A program made the translations under genes and the position numbers. A stretch of DNA of 64,000 nt, taken from the NCBI GenBank assembly GCA_963804645.1, contig CAWDRG010000011.1:96001-160000 (forward strand). Reading direction: 5' to 3'. Below the pieces are notes generated by a model. That model was not told where the DNA came from, did not search any database, and saw only the letters and a program-made list of their open reading frames with translations. The stretch comes from an uncultured Bacillota bacterium. Its GTDB lineage: Bacteria; Sysuimicrobiota; Sysuimicrobiia; Sysuimicrobiales; Segetimicrobiaceae. Shown one piece after another: positions 59,012 to 64,000 of the stretch. How positions within the stretch are numbered: the stretch's first letter is position 1; the number at the start of each line of letters is the position of its first letter.

Positions 59012-59902
59012 CTAGGAGTAGCGGAGCCGGGGATCCAGAAAGTCGCGCAGCCCGTCCCCGAGCAGGTTCAGGCTGAGCACGCTCAGGATGATCGCGGCGC
59101 CCGGAAAGATGCTGATCCAGGGCGCCTGTCGCAGATACTCCTGCCCCCCGCTGATAATGCCGCCCCACGTGGGGATCGTGGGAGGAATGCCGACGCCGAG
59201 AAAACTCAGCGCTGCCTCCCCGAGCATGGCGTACGCGGTGATGAACGTCGCCTGCACGATCACCGGCGACGCGCAGTTGACCAAGATATGCCGCACGAGG
59301 ATGCGCGCCCGGCGGGCCCCGATCGCGTGCGCCGCGTCGATGTACTCGAGGGACGCGATCACCAGCACGGACCCGCGCACCACCCGCGCGACGCGCGGGG
59401 TGTAGACAAAGCTCAACGCCAGCACGACGTTCCGGGCGCTCGGTCCCAGCGAGGCCATCAGCGCGATCGCGAGCAGAATGTCGGGAAACGCCATCACGCC
59501 GTCCATGATGCGCATCAGAATCTTGTCAGCGCCGCGATTCGTGCCGGCGATCAGCCCCACGACGATCCCCGCGGCGGTCGACAGCAGCGTGACGACCAGC
59601 CCGACGGTCAGGGAGAGCCGCGCTCCGTACAGCGTCCGGCTGAGGATGTCCCGGCCGTATTCGTCCGTCCCGAACGGGTGCGCCGCTTCCGGCGCGTGGA
59701 GACGCGCCGGCACGTCGATCGTGTTCGGATTGGTGGGCGCGAGCAGCGGCGCCGCCACCGCGGCGGCGGCCACCGCGAGGAGGATCAGGACGCCGATGCC
59801 GATGATGCGGCGCCGGCGCACCATCTTCCACAGCGTCGAGACGATCCCGGGCCGGCCCGGCACCCTCGCGGGAACGCGCACGGCCGCCGCCTGCTGGACC
59901 AC
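59012..59902 (-). CDS. Peptide/nickel ABC permease (DppC-like)
   Basis: [27 protein letters not shown]; start GTG 59902 or ATG 59824. Confidence 0.9.
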   Translation of the reverse strand: MVQQAAAVRVPARVPGRPGIVSTLWKMVRRRRIIGIGVLILLAVAAAAVAAPLLAPTNPNTIDVPARLHAPEAAHPFGTDEYGRDILSRTLYGARLSLTVGLVVTLLSTAAGIVVGLIAGTNRGADKILMRIMDGVMAFPDILLAIALMASLGPSARNVVLALSFVYTPRVARVVRGSVLVIASLEYIDAAHAIGARRARILVRHILVNCASPVIVQATFITAYAMLGEAALSFLGVGIPPTIPTWGGIISGGQEYLRQAPWISIFPGAAIILSVLSLNLLGDGLRDFLDPRLRYS

Positions 59903-59904
59903 GA

Positions 59905-60846
59905 TCAGTACCTCACGCGGGGATCCACCGCGAAGTACAGCAGGTCCACAACCAGGTTGATGATGACGTAGGCGGTCGCGACCGTCAGCGTCACGCCCTG
60001 GATCACCGGGTAATCCCGACGCAGCACCGAGGACACCACCAGCTGGCCGATGCCCGGCAGGCTGAAGACCGTCTCGGTCACGACCGCCCCGCCCATCAGC
60101 GCGGCAAACGTCAGGCCGACCACAGTCAGGATCGGCACGAGCGCATTGCGCAGCGCGTGCCGGAAGATGACGGCGCGCCCACGCAGTCCCTTGGCCCGCG
60201 CGGTCCGGATGTAGTCGTTGCCCAGCACGTCGAGCAGGCTGCTGCGCGTAAACCGGATGATCAGCGACGAATTCGGGACGCCGAGCGCCAGCGCGGGCAG
60301 CACGAGGTACTGCAGGCTCTGCCGCAGGCCGTTGCTCGGCGACTGATATCCGGACGAGGGCAGCCATCCGAAATCCACCGCAAACAGGACGATCAGCGAC
60401 AGCCCGAGCCAGAAGCTCGGCACCGCGGCGCCGAGCAGGGCGAGCCCCAGGCTCGCCTGATCGAGCCAGGAGTTCCGGAACACCGCGGACACGATGCCGA
60501 CGGGGATGCCGATCACGAGGGCCACCGTCATCCCGAGCGCCGAGAGCGTCGCGGTGGGGCCGAGGTGCAGCGCGATGTCCCGGCTCACCGGGATGTGCAG
60601 AAACAGCGATTCGCCAAGGTCGCCGCGCAGCGCGCGCCCGATCCACAGCACGAACTGCACCGGAAGCGGCCGGTCGAGCCCGAGGTCGTGGCGCAGGGTC
60701 GCGACCTGCGCCTCCGTGGCATCCTCCCCCAGCATCACGCGCGCCGGATCGCCGGGCGTCACGTGCACCACCATGAAGACGACGACTGCCACGACCGCCA
60801 GCACGGGCAGCAGCGCGAACAGTCGTCCGGTCAGGTAAGACAGCAC
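59905..60846 (-). CDS. Peptide/nickel ABC permease (DppB-like)
   Basis: PGDPA, DYIRTARAKG, RDYPVIQG. Confidence 0.92.
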   Translation of the reverse strand: MLSYLTGRLFALLPVLAVVAVVVFMVVHVTPGDPARVMLGEDATEAQVATLRHDLGLDRPLPVQFVLWIGRALRGDLGESLFLHIPVSRDIALHLGPTATLSALGMTVALVIGIPVGIVSAVFRNSWLDQASLGLALLGAAVPSFWLGLSLIVLFAVDFGWLPSSGYQSPSNGLRQSLQYLVLPALALGVPNSSLIIRFTRSSLLDVLGNDYIRTARAKGLRGRAVIFRHALRNALVPILTVVGLTFAALMGGAVVTETVFSLPGIGQLVVSSVLRRDYPVIQGVTLTVATAYVIINLVVDLLYFAVDPRVRY

Positions 60847-61109
60847 TCGATCGCCAGTCTCCCGTGAGCGGCTACGTGACGGCCTGCGCGTTCCGGGGCC
60901 CGGTGCCGGCTGGCGCGACGCCCCGCCGGTGTGGCCGCCGCATCGATGCGGAGCCGCGCATCGTCAACCGTCCCGACCTCGCCCGCCCGCGTCCATCCGC
61001 GACCTCCGCCATCCGATTGTCCGCGTGATTCCGCGCCGCGCCGCCGGGTCCCTCTCCCGGCGCGGCACCAAGGACGATCCGCCCGAATCGCCGCAGCCCC
61101 ATGGTCCCG

Positions 61110-62705
61110 CTAGCGCACGGCTTCGACGTTCCACACGACCATGCCGAGCCTCGGCGTGAACCCCGGCAGGTTCTTGCGGCTCAACATCAAGCTGAACGCC
61201 GTCCCGGGCCGCACGATCGGGACCTCCTCGTACATCAACGCCTGCAGCTTTCCCCATAACTCAACGCGCTTGCGCGGGTCGGGCTCGGCGTTGAACTGCG
61301 CGAACAGCGCATCCTTGGTCGGTGTGTCCCACCACCCCGGGTACGCCGAGCTGAAGGGCAGCGCCAGCGCGGGGTCGGGCACAAACCCGAACGTCGTCAC
61401 AAACACGTCCCAGTCGGCCGGCCGGGCGCGATGGTCGAGCACCGTTGCCCAATCCAAGACCTGCATGTCGACCTGAAATCCGGCCAGCCGGAGCTGCGAC
61501 GCCGCCACAACCGTGCTCTTGAACGCCCAATCGTACTGCTGCGTCGTGAGCCACCGGATCGGCTGCCCGCCATACCCCGCCGACTGGGCGAGCTCCCGCG
61601 CGCGGTCGACGTTGTGAACATCGTACAGGCTGGCGCCGACAGTGGTGTACCAGGGCGTGCCCTTCGGGAACAGACTGGGATCGAGCGCGTACAGGTCGGG
61701 GTTGCCGTAGGTCGCGCGCAGGATCGACTCCATATCGAGCGCGGCGGCGACCGCCTGGCGCAGCTTCTGGTTCGTCATCAGACCCTGCTTCTCGTTGAAG
61801 AAGAATGCGAGGAACGATCCGGGACGGATCAGCCCGACGTCGACCCGCGGATCCGCCTTCAACGCGCTGTAGGCGTCCTGGTTGATCTGATCGGCGATGT
61901 CGTAGTCACCGCTCTGCACGCCCGCGATCCGCGCCTCGACCTGCGCCACCGGGTAGTAGTAGATATCGGTGGCGAGCGCGTCTTTGCGCCCCGCGTAGCC
62001 GCTCGGCGGCTCCGTCCTGGGCGGATACTGATCAAAGCGCGTCAGGTGCACGTACCGGTCCGGCGCCCACTCCACGAAGCGGTACGGTCCCGTCCCGACG
62101 AACTGCCGGAGCGGCTGCGTCCCGGCAGCGTCGGCGATCTCCTTCGGCATGATCACCGCGGGACCGCTCGACAGCGCCAGGAACGCCAGCAGGGGGGCGA
62201 CCGGCGTCTTGAGCTTCATGACCACTGTGTCCGTCCCGGTGGCGCTCACGGATTCCACGTTCCGGTAGACCGACGGGCCGTACGCGCTCACCTTGCCCCA
62301 GCGGTTGAGCGAGGCCACCACGTCGTCGGCGCCCATCGTCGCGCCATTGTGAAACGGCACGTTGCCCCGCAGTGTAAACGTGTACGTCAGACTGTCCCGG
62401 CTCACGGTGTACGCGGACACGAGGACCGGCTGAATCCGCCAGCGGTCGTCAAAGGCGAACAGCCCCTCGTAGACCGGCAGCATGATCGTCGAGGTCAGCC
62501 CCGCGGTCGTCGCCACGGTGTCGAGCGTCAGCGGCTCGCCGACCTCGGCGATCCGGAGCGTGCCACCCCGCCGCGCCGGCGCCGCGAACGCGGCGGGCAG
62601 GGACGCCGCCCCGATCCCGCACGCGCCCGCGGCGGCCGAGAGCCCGCCCGCCGCGGCGGTCGTGAGGAACCCACGCCGGGTGATCCGGCGGCCGGCGGCC
62701 ATCAT
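61110..62705 (-). CDS. Family 5 ABC substrate-binding protein, Tat-exported
   Basis: TRRGFL twin-arginine signal, FHNG, GTGPY, LRQAV. Confidence 0.9.
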   Translation of the reverse strand: MMAAGRRITRRGFLTTAAAGGLSAAAGACGIGAASLPAAFAAPARRGGTLRIAEVGEPLTLDTVATTAGLTSTIMLPVYEGLFAFDDRWRIQPVLVSAYTVSRDSLTYTFTLRGNVPFHNGATMGADDVVASLNRWGKVSAYGPSVYRNVESVSATGTDTVVMKLKTPVAPLLAFLALSSGPAVIMPKEIADAAGTQPLRQFVGTGPYRFVEWAPDRYVHLTRFDQYPPRTEPPSGYAGRKDALATDIYYYPVAQVEARIAGVQSGDYDIADQINQDAYSALKADPRVDVGLIRPGSFLAFFFNEKQGLMTNQKLRQAVAAALDMESILRATYGNPDLYALDPSLFPKGTPWYTTVGASLYDVHNVDRARELAQSAGYGGQPIRWLTTQQYDWAFKSTVVAASQLRLAGFQVDMQVLDWATVLDHRARPADWDVFVTTFGFVPDPALALPFSSAYPGWWDTPTKDALFAQFNAEPDPRKRVELWGKLQALMYEEVPIVRPGTAFSLMLSRKNLPGFTPRLGMVVWNVEAVR

Positions 62706-63697
62706 GGGCGCCTCCTCAGCCCGCCTCCGGCTCGCCGCGCGCCGCCACGGCGCAGATCGAGTTCGCCGGCACGGACGGTCCGGAGATGGCGCATTACCCA
62801 CACCGTTCCCGCGTGGGGCGCGGCGACGACCGCGGCCGTGTCGCCGAACTGGGTGAGCACGCGCACGAGCGGCTCGCCGGAGGTGACCTCGTCGCCGAGA
62901 TCGTGCAACGGCTGGGCGAACCCGTCCGCCGGCGCGTTGAGCTCGGTGATGCGCCGGAACGGTCCCGCGATCTCCGGGGCCGGCCGGTCCCGGAGCACCC
63001 GGAGCCAGCGCAGCAGGTTCAGGACGCCCGCGTGATCCGCCGCGATATCGGCCTCCAGCGCGCCGCCCGCACCGGTCATTTCCACGCCGACCGTCGGGAT
63101 GCCGAGGCGCGCGGTCTCGGCGTTGAACGTCCCCCGGTGATCCTTGAGCTCCCACAGCGTCGACAGACCGAACGCGCGGGCCGCCGCCCGCGAGCGCGCC
63201 TCATCCCCCAACCCCCGTCGGACGCCGACGACCGGATGATACCGCGCGCGGGTGCTGCCGCTGTGCAGATCCAGAAACAGCGCCGGCCGGAGCCGGACGA
63301 TGCACGCCAGCAGCGCTGCGGCGAGGCGCTGCGTCGGCGTCCCGTCCGCGTCCCCCGGAAAGGTTCGGGCCAGGTTGACGCCGTCGATCGCCTCGGGGGT
63401 CTCACGGATCCCCGCCGCGGCCGCCCACGGGTTGCAGATCGGCATCGCGACGAGGGTCCCGTGCATCTCGTCGGGGCGCAGGTCCGCGATCGCGCGCCAC
63501 AGCGCCTGAGGGCCCTCGTATTCGTCCCCGTGCACCCCCGCCACCGCGATGAACACGGGCCCGGGATGCCGACCCACCACCGCCACGATCGGAAGATCCG
63601 CGACCGGGTCGTCCACCGCCCGCGCGAGAATCCGCGTGGTCCCCGGACCGCAGCGCCCCGGGTCGAACTCCGCGAGCGTCATCCGCTGCTCCGGCAT
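62702..63697 (-). CDS. Succinylglutamate desuccinylase/aspartoacylase family (M14-like) hydrolase
   Basis: AGVHGDEYEG, NLARTFPG, DLHSG, VE. Confidence 0.88.
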   Translation of the reverse strand: MPEQRMTLAEFDPGRCGPGTTRILARAVDDPVADLPIVAVVGRHPGPVFIAVAGVHGDEYEGPQALWRAIADLRPDEMHGTLVAMPICNPWAAAAGIRETPEAIDGVNLARTFPGDADGTPTQRLAAALLACIVRLRPALFLDLHSGSTRARYHPVVGVRRGLGDEARSRAAARAFGLSTLWELKDHRGTFNAETARLGIPTVGVEMTGAGGALEADIAADHAGVLNLLRWLRVLRDRPAPEIAGPFRRITELNAPADGFAQPLHDLGDEVTSGEPLVRVLTQFGDTAAVVAAPHAGTVWVMRHLRTVRAGELDLRRGGARRAGGGLRRRP

Positions 63698-63898
63698 ACC
63701 GCCTCCCCCAACGCAAGATCGCGGCATCTGCGTTCCCCTGGGCCCCGGCGCATTCCTGCGCCGGGGGCGCGCCGCCCGCGCGCGGCCGGAAACGCGGCGG
63801 TAGCCGCCGGAATCGGTGCCGATCGTCATCAAATTCTTATACAATTGCCATACCCTAGGGACCAAACGACCGCGAACGATGGGGGTGGCAGGCTACCA

Positions 63899-64000
63899 AT
63901 GCGCACCGTGGCGGCGCCAGAACAGACGACCGTGCTGCTCGTCGACGATGATCATAAGATCATCTCGTTGGTCCGCATGTATCTGGAGCGCGAAGGGTTC
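63899..64000 (+). CDS. Response regulator receiver domain (OmpR-like), truncated by window end
   Basis: VLLVDDDHKIISLVRMYLEREGF. Confidence 0.8.
   Translation, partial: MRTVAAPEQTTVLLVDDDHKIISLVRMYLEREGF

Overview
High-GC bacterial chromosomal window dominated by catabolic and transport genes: two D-2-hydroxyacid dehydrogenases, an enolase-superfamily enzyme, three creatininase-family paralogs, two DapA-family lyases, an HpcH aldolase, SDR, LLM and Gfo oxidoreductases, sugar, peptide-type and Liv-type ABC systems, GH127, GH31, a sulfatase and typA. The middle (~23-36 kb) is visibly more AT-rich accessory DNA. It contains a ~10 kb island bounded by tRNA-Arg(TCG) (35915-35990) and a diverged 40-bp copy of that tRNA's 3' half (25845-25884). 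The island carries a T-box (Asp specifier)-controlled archaeal-type non-discriminating AspRS, a decayed AbrB/PIN TA pair, two tyrosine-integrase remnants and a PEP-CTERM gene split by an IS256. It also holds a defective IS481 whose two ends are occupied: an IS4 element in the right end, and an ORF-less ~811-nt group II intron in the left end whose predicted EBS1 is complementary to the IS481 terminal repeat. Outside the island, a Liv-ABC + GH127 + three-subunit dye-linked amino-acid dehydrogenase + DapA-like cluster suggests a pathway for arabinosylated hydroxyproline. All calls come from motif reading by eye; no searches were run.
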